This document shows positions 1-8,322 of a stretch of DNA of 64,000 nt, one piece after another. Numbering within the stretch: position 1 is the first letter of the stretch; every line of letters starts with the position of its first letter. The notes beneath the pieces were generated by a model, which was given only the letters and a program-made list of their open reading frames with translations, was not told the origin of the DNA and made no database searches. The stretch spans positions 96,001 through 160,000 of IMG/VR virus record IMGVR_UViG_3300021399_000004; one strand, 5' to 3'. Origin of the DNA: a virus. The position numbers and the translations under genes were made by a program.

Positions 1-26
1 AGTTTATCCATCTCACTCATTGCTTA

Positions 27-329
27 TTACCTCTTTCTAAAAACGTCAATAAGAAACGACCAAATTATATAAATAGCCGCAGAGCAGGTGATTGCAACAA
101 AACTCAATAGACAAAAAGGTAAAACGATCGCGGCCAGAAGCATATCTAAAATCCAGAAGGCCCCAGGAATTAGGAAATCAGAGAACTCTTGATAAAAACC
201 AATCATTGGAAGGAAAGCAAGACGAAATGCACTTCGCATATAACCTTCTGCGGTACTATGCGCGAGGTAGGCGTACCGCCGCAAAAGCAGACCCCAAGTA
301 CATCCGCTTAAAAGTAGATAGAAAATCAT
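27..329 (-). CDS. hypothetical membrane protein (100 aa)
   Basis: ORF track. Hydrophobic segments are present (GAFWILDMLLAAIVLPFCLLSFVAI). Its ATG overlaps the TGA of the upstream gene (ATGA at 326-329). Confidence 0.5.
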   Translation of the reverse strand: MIFYLLLSGCTWGLLLRRYAYLAHSTAEGYMRSAFRLAFLPMIGFYQEFSDFLIPGAFWILDMLLAAIVLPFCLLSFVAITCSAAIYIIWSFLIDVFRKR

Positions 330-622
330 AAGTTAGCCTCCCGTTTAATATTAAACCAATCTAATTCCCAAGAGTCAACATCCCTATACCAACTTTTTAA
401 CGCTTCTGCCTTACTTGCGCGTGGATGACTACAATGGCCGCATTGCGTACACTCTACATACCAAACGGGCTACTTGGTTTCAAACCATATCTTACCCTCT
501 TCAACATTTTCCATCGCTAAGCCTTCGCGCAAATAGCGAGGATGCATTGCACCGCAAACAGGACACTCATGGATCTCTTCAACCCATTGCATTGCGTCCG
601 CAGGATTAGTTTTCATTTGCAT
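326..622 (-). CDS. zinc-ribbon protein, 98 aa, one in-frame TAG
   Basis: Hand translation gives MQMKTNPADAMQWVEEIHECPVCGAMH..FETK[TAG]PVWYVECTQCGHCSHP..REANL. The gene is 297 nt (99 codons) and has two Cys pairs. It is missing from the ORF track only because of the TAG. Confidence 0.45.
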
Positions 623-1076
623 AATTTTTTTCTCCTTCTGTTAAAATATCGTATGCCATATTAATATGTTTTAGTTGCAGTCCATTATAAAAAGTAGTTT
701 GGACAAGATGATCCATTAAGTTACCCATATCATTGTCATCATCTAGAATTACAAATTTAGTTACTTCTGGATGCTTAGCAAGCCATGCTTCAATTTGATC
801 CCCTCGGCAACCCGTCTCCTGCTCAGTCCATGAATAAAGAGAAAGACCATACGGCCGTAAATTATCTTGTACTGCTTCGCGCGCGAAAGCTGAAATGCGC
901 CAACTACTTGACAAAACTAGCCGTGCGTTTGTCCAATTCACCAACTCAGTTAAAAGGAACAGAGCCTTTTGGTCTAGGATTGTAACAGCATCAATTCCAT
1001 AGGTATTTAATACTTCTTGCTCCCATTTTGCACTATTCAGCACGCCATCAATATCAAGAAAAATGACCTTTGACAT
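606..1076 (-). CDS. HAD-superfamily phosphatase-like protein
   Basis: ORF track 606..1112. The in-frame ATG at 1076 is preceded by GGAGG. It has HAD motif I, FLDIDGVLNS, and a later ILDDDND motif. Confidence 0.7.
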   Translation of the reverse strand: MSKVIFLDIDGVLNSAKWEQEVLNTYGIDAVTILDQKALFLLTELVNWTNARLVLSSSWRISAFAREAVQDNLRPYGLSLYSWTEQETGCRGDQIEAWLAKHPEVTKFVILDDDNDMGNLMDHLVQTTFYNGLQLKHINMAYDILTEGEKNYANEN

Positions 1077-1115
1077 ATCAATTCCTCCTATTCTATTAAT
1101 ATTATATATCAAAAA

Positions 1116-1331
1116 TTAATGAATGTCAAATAATAGTTTTGCATCATCTTTCTCAATTAGCTTGCGGCCGCAAAAAGGGCAATAGTTAATAAAAGTATGC
1201 CCATATGCGTCTTCAACATTGTAGGCGCCATAAACAAGTTGCGGAGGAATACCAACATTATTCTGAAGATAAAGATAAACATCAGAATTGTCAATCATTT
1301 CTCGATTTTCAGTTTCACAATACTTACACAT
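1116..1331 (-). CDS. zinc-ribbon protein (about 71 aa)
   Basis: ORF track 1116..1406. The preferred internal start, MCKYCETEN.., follows AAAGGAG. It has CKYC...CPFC cysteine pairs. An alternative start lies at 1406. Confidence 0.5.
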   Translation of the reverse strand: MCKYCETENREMIDNSDVYLYLQNNVGIPPQLVYGAYNVEDAYGHTFINYCPFCGRKLIEKDDAKLLFDIH

Positions 1332-1533
1332 TATTTTCGCTTTCTCCTTTTTCAATCCAAGTTCCATTATGGCGAGATCCATGATCTGGTTCATTCCAAT
1401 ATCCAAACTAAGTCATAGTTGTTACTGCCTCATCATAACCTCTATTAAATTCTGCTTCAAGCTAAGCCTCTTTAATTTTATCCGCGACGACAATACCTGC
1501 AATAAACCCCAATAAAAGTAGTAAAGTATCCAA
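1324..1533 (-). CDS. small protein with N-terminal TM helix, two in-frame TAG
   Basis: Hand translation from TTG 1533 after AGGAAGGTGA gives LDTLLLLLGFIAGIVVADKIKEA[TAG]LEAEF..TTMT[TAG]FGYW..ENNV. The gene is 210 nt. Its stop overlaps the start of the next gene (ATGTGTAA). Confidence 0.3.
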
Positions 1534-1558
1534 GGGGATCACCTTCCTGCGCTAATCT

Positions 1559-1759
1559 TCACGCCCTTAAAATCAAATTAATTTTTTCTTGCAAACGTTT
1601 GAGTCCGTCTTTAACGTTCATAATTTTAGTACCCGTAGGAACCGATTTCCTCTATAAATAATTCTAAATTGTTCTTGGAGTACAATGACATTCGCGCGCG
1701 AGAAGTGTAATTGGGATGCCAAATTCAATTAGTTCTTGAAGCTACCACAATTCTCTCAT
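1559..1759 (-). CDS. helix-turn-helix protein, 66 aa, three in-frame TAG
   Basis: Hand translation gives MRELW[TAG]LQELIEFGIPITLLARECHCTPRTI[TAG]NYL[TAG]RKSVPTG..LILRA. The gene is 201 nt. The RBS is GAAGGTGA. The segment ARECHCTPRTIxNYL has an HTH-like pattern. Confidence 0.5.
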
Positions 1760-1833
1760 GTTATCACCTTCTTTTTCAGGAAAATAGGAAAATTGCAGGC
1801 ATAAAATTCCTATTCCCCTAAAATAAAATAAAA

Positions 1834-2082
1834 TTAATGCTTCCAAACGCCGCCGCATCGCGGACAATAGTTAAACTTTTTACTAACCATTGCGCCACAA
1901 TTGCTACAATCGTAAGCAACAGGCTCATCGTCATCCACTTCAAGCCATTCAATTTCTGTAACGTTTTCAAGTGGGCCACCTCTTGCTTGGCGGCCGCAAT
2001 GCGGGCAAAAATTAGTACGTTTTCTTTGTGTATGGCCGCACATTTCGCACCTATATAGGTCAAGCCGCCAATTAGTTCGCAT
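1834..2082 (-). CDS. double zinc-ribbon protein
   Basis: ORF track 1834..2109. The internal start MRTNWRLDLYRCEMCGH is preferred. It has four CxxC pairs (CEMC, CPHC, CSNC, CPRC). Confidence 0.5.
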   Translation of the reverse strand: MRTNWRLDLYRCEMCGHTQRKRTNFCPHCGRQARGGPLENVTEIEWLEVDDDEPVAYDCSNCGAMVSKKFNYCPRCGGVWKH

Positions 2083-2230
2083 TCTTTCCACTTTTAACCA
2101 CCCCATCATAATTATTATCTAATGGTATGATCTGCTTAAACTTACAAATAGGACAATAAATAAAATGTCCCTAATAAATATCATTAAATTGATATGCTAA
2201 AAGAGCTCCACATTGTTCACAAGTAACCAT
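2072..2230 (-). CDS. small zinc-ribbon protein, 52 aa, one in-frame TAG
   Basis: Hand translation gives MVTCEQCGALLAYQFNDIY[TAG]GHFIYCPICKFK... The gene is 159 nt. The RBS is weak. Confidence 0.3.
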
Positions 2231-2271
2231 GAGAGCTGGAGTTTTCTACAAAATTACCTACATCTTAAGCC

Positions 2272-2745
2272 TCAATCCCAAAGCATATAAAATTTATCTG
2301 CAATTTCTTTAAACTGTTCCCTAAGTAAATTACGTGCTTCTTCTGCAATTCGTGCAGATTCATCACAAAACTTATCCACAATATCTTTATCCTTGCAATC
2401 GGTTTGTACCCATAGCGGATACCATGGATTTCTCTTATCCTGTTCTTCTTCTGTACAAGACCTCAAATTATCAGCAGTCTTACGTAGCCATTCCTGCCAT
2501 GACTCAAAGGTCGGAAACTCATCCGTCCCAGGATAGGTATGCGTATGTTCCGCCAGATAATCAAGCATCTCCGGAATAACCTTCAAAAACCAATAATCCA
2601 TGTTCCAAGTATCGCAAGGCGCCCAACCATACTTGCCGCGCAAGTACCTCGCGCGCAAATACTTCCATAAAGAACTAAAAAATTCAAGGGGATGATGCCA
2701 AAACTTAAAAGGATACCAATCCCTAAACTCAAACATAATCGTCAA
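2272..2745 (-). CDS. hypothetical protein (157 aa)
   Basis: ORF track. It is Trp- and Tyr-rich, and I recognise no motif. Confidence 0.55.
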   Translation of the reverse strand: MTIMFEFRDWYPFKFWHHPLEFFSSLWKYLRARYLRGKYGWAPCDTWNMDYWFLKVIPEMLDYLAEHTHTYPGTDEFPTFESWQEWLRKTADNLRSCTEEEQDKRNPWYPLWVQTDCKDKDIVDKFCDESARIAEEARNLLREQFKEIADKFYMLWD

Positions 2746-2950
2746 CCTCCATCAAAAGAGGGAGTAGGTAATCGGGTTCCAAACCAAGTTCTTCCATAAA
2801 ATAACTTTCAACCTCATCCAAATCAGAATTGGCATCCAAATGCGCCAAATAGTCCATAAACTCCTCAACGCAATTCATCGCCTCATTCTCACTCAGACCA
2901 TCTCTCCGCATCAGAATTCTCGCTACTTCCTTCACTGCGCTCATTTTCAT
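2729..2950 (-). CDS. hypothetical acidic protein
   Basis: ORF track 2729..2974. The in-frame start MKMSAVKEV follows AGGAG. Confidence 0.45.
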   Translation of the reverse strand: MKMSAVKEVARILMRRDGLSENEAMNCVEEFMDYLAHLDANSDLDEVESYFMEELGLEPDYLLPLLMEVDDYV

Positions 2951-3677
2951 CACAATCTCCTGCATAATAGCCACTATAATCGATCAAAACAATCTTTCCA
3001 TTAATCATTCCGACATTACCCCAATGAATGTCGTTAATATCAAAGTCAAAGCAAAATTCAGTTAAGGCTTCAAAGTTCTCCAAACCATAGTCTTCCGCGA
3101 AATCCATACCAATTGCGGGAGCACGCTGGCAAAGCGGACTCTTGCTATTCTGAAAATACTTCTTATCGTAACTCGAAGTTCTGGGATTTTCCACATTATC
3201 AAGTTCCGCCCGCATTTGGCAGTACAACGGAATTGAAATTGTGATTTTGTACGGATCGCTCAAGTTCTTCTGAATTTTTTCGCGCCAATACTCAACATCA
3301 TCGTCATCATCCCAACCCATTACTTCCCTAACTTCACAGAAATCCCAGTACCAAATTACCTTCGTATAGGTGCCAAGGAAATAGGTGGGAGCAAGCATAT
3401 CCTCAACAGCGAAATTCTTAGCTTCTTCAAAAAATTTAGCTTCGCGCGCACAGCAACTTCCAAATTGATCTTCCGCGCAATCCCACTTCACAACCCAATC
3501 AAATTCGGGGTCGATGAGGCAGCCACGGCTAGCGCCAAACGCCAGCGTCACATCATCAACTTCCGGATAGTAATCGGCGCTGTACATGCTCTGGAAATAG
3601 GTCTTGTAGAAATCGTAATTGTCGATCATCTTATCCAGAATAGCGGCGTAATGGTTGAAGATTTCCTGCTTCTCCAT
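2889..3677 (-). CDS. protein-kinase-like fold protein (262 aa)
   Basis: ORF track 2889..3704. The start at 3677 follows GGAAAGGAG. The C-terminal segment NDIHWGNVGMINGKIVLIDYSG resembles a kinase/APH catalytic loop (D-x-H-x-x-N) followed by an IDY metal-binding motif. It is a paralogue of 10412..10921. Confidence 0.55.
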   Translation of the reverse strand: MEKQEIFNHYAAILDKMIDNYDFYKTYFQSMYSADYYPEVDDVTLAFGASRGCLIDPEFDWVVKWDCAEDQFGSCCAREAKFFEEAKNFAVEDMLAPTYFLGTYTKVIWYWDFCEVREVMGWDDDDDVEYWREKIQKNLSDPYKITISIPLYCQMRAELDNVENPRTSSYDKKYFQNSKSPLCQRAPAIGMDFAEDYGLENFEALTEFCFDFDINDIHWGNVGMINGKIVLIDYSGYYAGDCDENERSEGSSENSDAERWSE

Positions 3678-3708
3678 AATTTTAACTCCTTTCCTTTGGT
3701 ACATTTAT

Positions 3709-3737
3709 ATTATACCAAAAAAATTTTTAAAAGTCAA
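3709..3737 (-). promoter_or_regulatory. sigma-70/sigma-A type promoter for the leftward module
   Basis: On the minus strand, TTGACT (3732-3737), a 17-nt spacer and TATAAT (3709-3714). It lies about 30 nt upstream of the start at 3677. Confidence 0.7.
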
Positions 3738-3844
3738 GTGAAAAATTTTTAAAGTTTTAAGGGGTTGAGACTGGTACATCTACTCCTGAATTAAAGAAGG
3801 AAAGTTAAGGGTAAACTATACGGCCGACAGGACGTAGGGTGTAA

Positions 3845-3865
3845 GGGAGGGGAGGGGATGGCGGG
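3845..3865 (+). other. G-quadruplex-type motif GGGAGGGGAGGGGATGGCGGG
   Basis: Four G-runs of 3 or more separated by loops of 1-5 nt. The motif sits inside a roughly 70-nt, almost C-free G-rich stretch (3830-3900). Confidence 0.6.
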
Positions 3866-4048
3866 AAAGGTGGTGGAGATAGAGGATACAAGGGGTTGGT
3901 AGTGATTTGGGGTATTGCAAATTTTTTCATTAAAAGTCAAATATTTAACTTAATAAATTTTTTCTTTTTTTAAAGAAAATTTTTCTTTTTAAAAAGATAA
4001 TCTTTTATAAAAATTTTTTTATTTATATTTTTCTTGTTATCCTCCGCG

Positions 4049-4091
4049 GTCGCTTCGCTAGCAAGCGCTAACGCGCTTGCGTCGCTTCGCT
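4049..4091. repeat. direct repeat GTCGCTTCGCT x2 flanking the GC hairpin GCAAGCGC-taac-GCGCTTGC
   Basis: Repeat copies lie at 4049-4059 and 4081-4091. The 8-bp perfect hairpin is at 4061-4080. Confidence 0.8.
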
Positions 4092-4097
4092 CCGCGT

Positions 4098-4164
4098 AAT
4101 ATAATTATATAGTTGTCCGAATCCTGCGCTCCGCGCAGGCTTCTCCCAACTATATAATTATATT
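4098..4164. repeat. 18-bp perfect inverted repeat with nested GC hairpin
   Basis: AATATAATTATATAGTTG (4098-4115) pairs with CAACTATATAATTATATT (4147-4164). The 31-nt loop contains CCTGCGC-tcc-GCGCAGG (4123-4139). Confidence 0.85.
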
Positions 4165-4194
4165 ATATATATAATATATATAATATATAAATGT

Positions 4195-4250
4195 GTGTGC
4201 GATTTCTGAGTATATATATAGGGGGAGGGGGGTACTCAAAAACCGCACAC
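4195..4250. repeat. imperfect 18-bp inverted repeat around TATATATAGGGGGAGGGGGG
   Basis: GTGTGCGATTTCTGAGTA (4195-4212) pairs with TACTCAAAAACCGCACAC (4233-4250); 16 of 18 positions are complementary. Confidence 0.75.
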
Positions 4251-4333
4251 TTTTTTCATTACAATTTTTTTTATAATTATAAGAGTAAAACACAATTATT
4301 AATGTGTAGTTTACTTACATTAAAGATGAACAT

Positions 4334-4362
4334 TTGACACAGAGATAAAGCTGTGATATAAT
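4334..4362 (+). promoter_or_regulatory. sigma-70/sigma-A type promoter with extended -10 for the helicase gene
   Basis: TTGACA (4334-4339), a 17-nt spacer, then TGaTATAAT (4357-4362). The ATG lies 17 nt downstream. Confidence 0.75.
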
Positions 4363-4378
4363 ATAATGGGGTGAAGAT

Positions 4379-5788
4379 ATGGATAATAAAATAATTCCTA
4401 TAACTGTTTCAGATTTACAGTAGCAAAATAAATTAGTTTTTCGCCGCGGCTACTATAACATTTTAGATTGCGGCATTCGCACTGGTAAAACCTATTGGGC
4501 GGTAAACAACTTACAATAGTTTACACGAGATGGGCAGCTTAATCGAATTCTTTTTCTTACAGATACAACTGCGCTAAAAGATAGCATTATTTCTTCTTAT
4601 CCGGATCAGTGTCAAGCTGCTGACATATTTTGGGAATCTACGGATCATGAATGGACTTCTGAAGATTGTAATAAGATTGGAGTTATGTGTTATCAGGCCT
4701 TAGGGATGAAGGCGATGCGAGAAGAAACAGATTGGCTTGAGCATATTGACGTTATCTGTTGGGACGAATGTGATTCAATTTTTGATTTTGCGGCGTCAGC
4801 TTTTGCGAAAGCTCGGAAGCTTGATTATGCGAAAAAGTCCAGCTCGAATGGCGAAATATTAAGTCTTATTCAAGAGCATTCGACTAGGAAAGAATATATG
4901 CCTTTGGCGCTTTTGGGCTTTTGGGAGAATATTATTCAAGAGAATCGCATCCTTTGTATTGGTTTGTCTGCTTCTCCAGACGCAGCTCGTGATTTTTATG
5001 CATCTTTAGTTAGTGCAAGTAATTAGGGTAAACTGGAGACCAGCTTCCGCGCCACTACAGATATATATTATAAAAATATTTTAGATCATGTGCGCGAGCT
5101 CATACCTGTCCCAGGTATTGGATATTGGTGTTTCTCGCCCTCTATAACACATAATTTGAGTATTGTGCGTGCAGCTTAGGAGCAAGGATTTCATGCCATA
5201 GAGATCCATTCGGAAAATAATGCTGATGTGCCTTTAAACGCAGAATAGCAGCGAGTAATTAATTGTATTAAAACTATGCACTTAGTACCTTTTGAATATG
5301 ATTTTGTTGTAGTCACTCGTGCATTTGAAAGAGGGATAGATATATCAGATCCACGTTTTAAACATTTAATTATTGATTCTTATTATCGTACTGATAGAAT
5401 ACAAGCAGCTCGTTAGACATTCCCGTATTAGCGTCATGTAAAGGTGCTGGCCAGTGCTGTTCCAGAAAGCTTTATGAACCGTTGGATTACAGCTCAAGAA
5501 GGCCGCGAATTGGCAGAGTATATGGCAGTCCCAGATGTGGATATAAATAACTCCGCGAATGGACGAGGCCAATCGCGGATAATGACTTGGAATAAGTTGC
5601 AAACTTTATTACCTACAATGGGGTATACTGTAGAAAAGAAACGAAAGCGCGTTAATGGGAGCGCGAATGCTTTAAATTGTTGTATGATTACTGGGTAGTG
5701 GCGTGATGTCGAAGTTACTAAAACACATGATTTTATGGAGCTCGTCGCGGCAAAAACTGCTGATGAATTATTGAAGCTGGATGAATAA
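4379..5788 (+). CDS. SF2 (DEAD/DEAH-like) helicase, 469 codons, 8 in-frame TAG
   Basis: Hand-checked single frame with only TAG interruptions. It joins ORF-track fragments 4685..5026 and 5444..5698. Motifs seen are Walker A GIRTGKT, motif II ICWDECDS, LSASP, and VVVTRAFERGIDI...QAAR[TAG]. The gene ends at TAA 5786-5788. Confidence 0.75.
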
Positions 5789-5810
5789 TAAATTCCAGCT
5801 TCTTTTTTTT
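5773..5810 (+). terminator. rho-independent terminator with the helicase stop codon in its loop
   Basis: The stem is GAAGCTGGA/TCCAGCTTC, followed by T8. TAA 5786-5788 lies in the loop. Confidence 0.8.
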
Positions 5811-5930
5811 ATTTTATAGCGGTTTTTCCTATTTTGTGGAAAGAATCATGTAAAGTCAAATACTTGACTTTCCCGCGAACACTCGTTCAAGAGCTAAAAT
5901 TTCGTTAATCAGAATCATTAAAAAGTGGTC

Positions 5931-5985
5931 ATTTTCACTACGATTTTCACTACAAAATCGGGGGATCGGATCGGATTTTCACTAC
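5931..5985. repeat. direct repeats (G)ATTTTCACTAC x3
   Basis: Copies lie at 5931-5941, 5942-5953 and 5974-5985. CGATTTT-cactac-AAAATCG (5941-5960) is also an inverted repeat. Confidence 0.85.
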
Positions 5986-5991
5986 GATTTT

Positions 5992-6053
5992 TCTCCAGCT
6001 TCTCCAGCTTATCCAGCTTCCAGGTTGGTAAATTTTTCCAGCTTATCCAGCTT
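5992..6053. repeat. tandem 9-bp repeats T(C/A)TCCAGCT (3 adjacent copies plus 2 more)
   Basis: TCTCCAGCT is at 5992 and 6001, and TATCCAGCT at 6010. CCAGCT is at 6038 and TATCCAGCT at 6044. GGGAGGGGAGG follows at 6056-6066. Confidence 0.85.
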
Positions 6054-6134
6054 GTGGGAGGGGAGGTAAAATTTTTTAGTTGGAGTGGTTAGTAAAATAT
6101 TTGACATGGGTTGAATACTTGACATTTTAAGAAG

Positions 6135-6154
6135 TTAGATGTTCAAACATCTAA
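6135..6154. repeat. 20-bp palindrome TTAGATGTT-NN-AACATCTAA, copy 1
   Basis: Centre CA. It lies 19 bp from the + strand -35 TTGACA at 6174-6179 (-10 TATACT at 6197-6202). Confidence 0.95.
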
Positions 6155-6244
6155 CTTAAGGTGAATATAGGTCTTGACAAAATCAATGTTTTTTAGTATA
6201 CTCTAATTGTTCCGAGGGAACGAAATAAAAACCTGGAGGTAAGG

Positions 6245-6634
6245 TTGAGTATGATGTACATGCTGATTGGTTGGACTGACGGTTTCGGTAACGATGCTTA
6301 CGTGAAGAGCGTCTATCAGACGAGGGAAGAGGCACTCGCGGCGGCGATGCTGGATGATGAGATCCCTGACAAAGTTATTCCGTTTGAGTTTGGAGAAGCG
6401 ATTGATTTTGACTATGATGCGGCGGAAGATCTTGTGGAAAGGAAAGAAGAAATCGACTGGTTGCTTGTGGCTATAAACGCGGTGGATGATGATAAGTTTT
6501 ACTCCTTGCACGAAGAATGGTTTAATACTGGCTGCAATGAAGAAGAGGGAGACGGAGATGACGTTGATAAGTTAATTGCAAATCATAAAGATTGGCTGGA
6601 AGAATACTACAAAGAAAAGGGCGGCAAAATTTAA
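6245..6634 (+). CDS. hypothetical acidic protein (about 127-129 aa)
   Basis: ORF track. GGAGG lies at 6235-6239. ATG 6251 is a possible alternative start. No TAG. Confidence 0.55.
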   Translation: MSMMYMLIGWTDGFGNDAYVKSVYQTREEALAAAMLDDEIPDKVIPFEFGEAIDFDYDAAEDLVERKEEIDWLLVAINAVDDDKFYSLHEEWFNTGCNEEEGDGDDVDKLIANHKDWLEEYYKEKGGKI

Positions 6635-6764
6635 GGGAGGCTATGGCCTCCTGGCCGGCCCGCTTCCAAATAAATTTCTCAAACCTCTGACAATCTATCT
6701 CACCTATGTTATAATGAACATGTTGAAAGCAGAAGGACACTGCTCAAACCGGAAAGGAAAGACT

Positions 6765-6959
6765 ATGGAAAAGAACACTAACTCTCGCAACGGCATCGGT
6801 TTTACTGGCCTGCTTACCATTGCTTTCATTGTGTTGAAGCTGTGCGGCGTGATTACTTGGTCTTGGGTATGGGTTCTGTCTCCGATTTGGATTTCTGTTG
6901 GGATTGCTCTGATTGCTACTGGGCTGCTGGTGATTGTCCATCTTATCCGGAAGCATTGA
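6765..6959 (+). CDS. small membrane protein (64 aa)
   Basis: In-frame ATG within ORF 6576..6959, preceded by GGAAAGGAAAG. It has its own cTGACA-N17-TATAAT promoter upstream and two hydrophobic helices. Confidence 0.5.
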   Translation: MEKNTNSRNGIGFTGLLTIAFIVLKLCGVITWSWVWVLSPIWISVGIALIATGLLVIVHLIRKH

Positions 6960-6974
6960 GCATATGAGTATAAT

Positions 6975-6999
6975 AAAAAAGCCGGTCACCGGCTTTTTA
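6975..6999. terminator. bidirectional rho-independent terminator
   Basis: A6-GCCGG-tca-CCGGC-T5, located between convergent genes. Confidence 0.7.
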
Positions 7000-7011
7000 T
7001 TTAGGACGCAT

Positions 7012-7031
7012 TTAGATGTTTAAACATCTAA
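7012..7031. repeat. 20-bp palindrome, copy 2
   Basis: Centre TA. It sits at a convergent gene junction with no adjacent promoter. Confidence 0.95.
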
Positions 7032-7075
7032 AATCCTTTATAAAAAAAGTTAGGTTTCCCTAACTTTATAGTTTA

Positions 7076-7330
7076 TTATTTATACAAAAGGCACAGGAAG
7101 TAAACATTGAGGACAACGCTGGAGAGGTGCATGAGCACGTCATTGACGTGCCTGTGCTGCGACAAGTCCTTGCATACACCGAATAGCGCAATCGCAAGGC
7201 CGAACCATGAGACTTGAAGGCCGAAGAGCATAATCAGGACTACATTCAGGATAGTGATTCCGCACCGAAGATCATTCCATTCAAAGCGATACGGCATTGA
7301 AATGCCAAACCAGTTCTTTACTCGCTCCAT
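7076..7330 (-). CDS. hypothetical membrane protein (84 aa)
   Basis: ORF track. It is hydrophobic. Its start overlaps the upstream stop (TAATG). Confidence 0.55.
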   Translation of the reverse strand: MERVKNWFGISMPYRFEWNDLRCGITILNVVLIMLFGLQVSWFGLAIALFGVCKDLSQHRHVNDVLMHLSSVVLNVYFLCLLYK

Positions 7331-7623
7331 TATTCGTTATCCTCCATCGTGTCCTCGTAGCCGTAAACGTCACCCGCCCAACGGATTTCATCTTCTGCAA
7401 AATCCGTAGGGGCATCGGGATCAACGTCATCCGCGGCAAGCCAGTCTTCCCAAGTGGGGAAGAAGGCGTAGAAATCATCGCACGCTTCAATCGGATCTTC
7501 CATGTGGCACAGATTGCACTGGTCGCAGTAGGGGCAATCGCCATAGGCATTAACAGGGCAGTACACGGGGTCGCCGTTGCGGTAGCCGTCAGTTTCGTAG
7601 TGGTAATCCTTCATCGTGAACAT
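7330..7623 (-). CDS. Cys-rich acidic protein (97 aa)
   Basis: ORF track 7330..7692. The start MFTMKDY at 7623 follows GGAAAGGA in the cassette leader. It contains CPVNAYGDCPYCDQCNLCH. Confidence 0.55.
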   Translation of the reverse strand: MFTMKDYHYETDGYRNGDPVYCPVNAYGDCPYCDQCNLCHMEDPIEACDDFYAFFPTWEDWLAADDVDPDAPTDFAEDEIRWAGDVYGYEDTMEDNE

Positions 7624-7701
7624 ATCTGTCAATCCTTTCCGTTCCTCTCTCGGGAACAATGCTATTATAGCATGGAGGTTAGTATTTGTCAAGGGATAGA
7701 A

Positions 7702-7721
7702 TTAGATGTTTAAACATCTAA
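7702..7721. repeat. 20-bp palindrome, copy 3
   Basis: Centre TA. It lies 9 bp from the minus-strand -35 TTGACA (7687-7692). Confidence 0.95.
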
Positions 7722-7734
7722 CCTTGTTTAAGAG

Positions 7735-7754
7735 AAAAGCCGCCGGGGCGGCGG
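7735..7754 (-). terminator. rho-independent terminator
   Basis: On the minus strand, CCGCCG-ccc-CGGCGG followed by CUUUUCUCUU. It lies directly after the stop at 7759. Confidence 0.7.
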
Positions 7755-7758
7755 TATA

Positions 7759-8229
7759 TTAGTCTGTGTTTCGGTCATTAAGGGTAAAAGAAATCTCTGT
7801 CCACCCATCAGAACAATTGCCTAATTCTTTGGTGAAGCCTTCAAGTTCAAACTTATCCATGAGGAAACTTCGCATTTCTCCTCCCCACCAAGCACAATTA
7901 ACTTTCCAAAATCTGCGGTCTTTCAGTTTTAGATATTTCTTTGCAAGTTTAATATTCCAACCAAGGCCGTTGTCATAGAAGTAAAAGGTTTTATTTTCGG
8001 CGTCCCATTCAGAGTTACGAGGAATGTAATAGTTTAGAATTTTAGCCGCACGTTCTTCATTCCAATTCTCTTTGCTGTTAAGCCATACATGAATTTTTTT
8101 AAGCATGAGACTGCCAATCCAAAATGGAAACAGAATTACACGAAGAATCTTGTAACTATTCTTGTTCCACCACTTGCGAATCTTGTGTTCTTTCTTGCCC
8201 CGCATCGCCTTGATAACTTCATTTGTCAT
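7759..8229 (-). CDS. hypothetical protein (156 aa)
   Basis: ORF track, with cassette promoter and RBS upstream. Confidence 0.6.
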   Translation of the reverse strand: MTNEVIKAMRGKKEHKIRKWWNKNSYKILRVILFPFWIGSLMLKKIHVWLNSKENWNEERAAKILNYYIPRNSEWDAENKTFYFYDNGLGWNIKLAKKYLKLKDRRFWKVNCAWWGGEMRSFLMDKFELEGFTKELGNCSDGWTEISFTLNDRNTD

Positions 8230-8302
8230 AGTGGTTACTTCCTTTCTGTCCTTTGGACAGATTTATTATAGTATAGAATAAAGAGAAAGTCAAGTAGGAA
8301 TA

Positions 8303-8322
8303 TTAGATGTTTAAACATCTAA
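8303..8322. repeat. 20-bp palindrome, copy 4
   Basis: Centre TA. It lies 9 bp from the -35 TTGACT (8288-8293). Confidence 0.95.
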
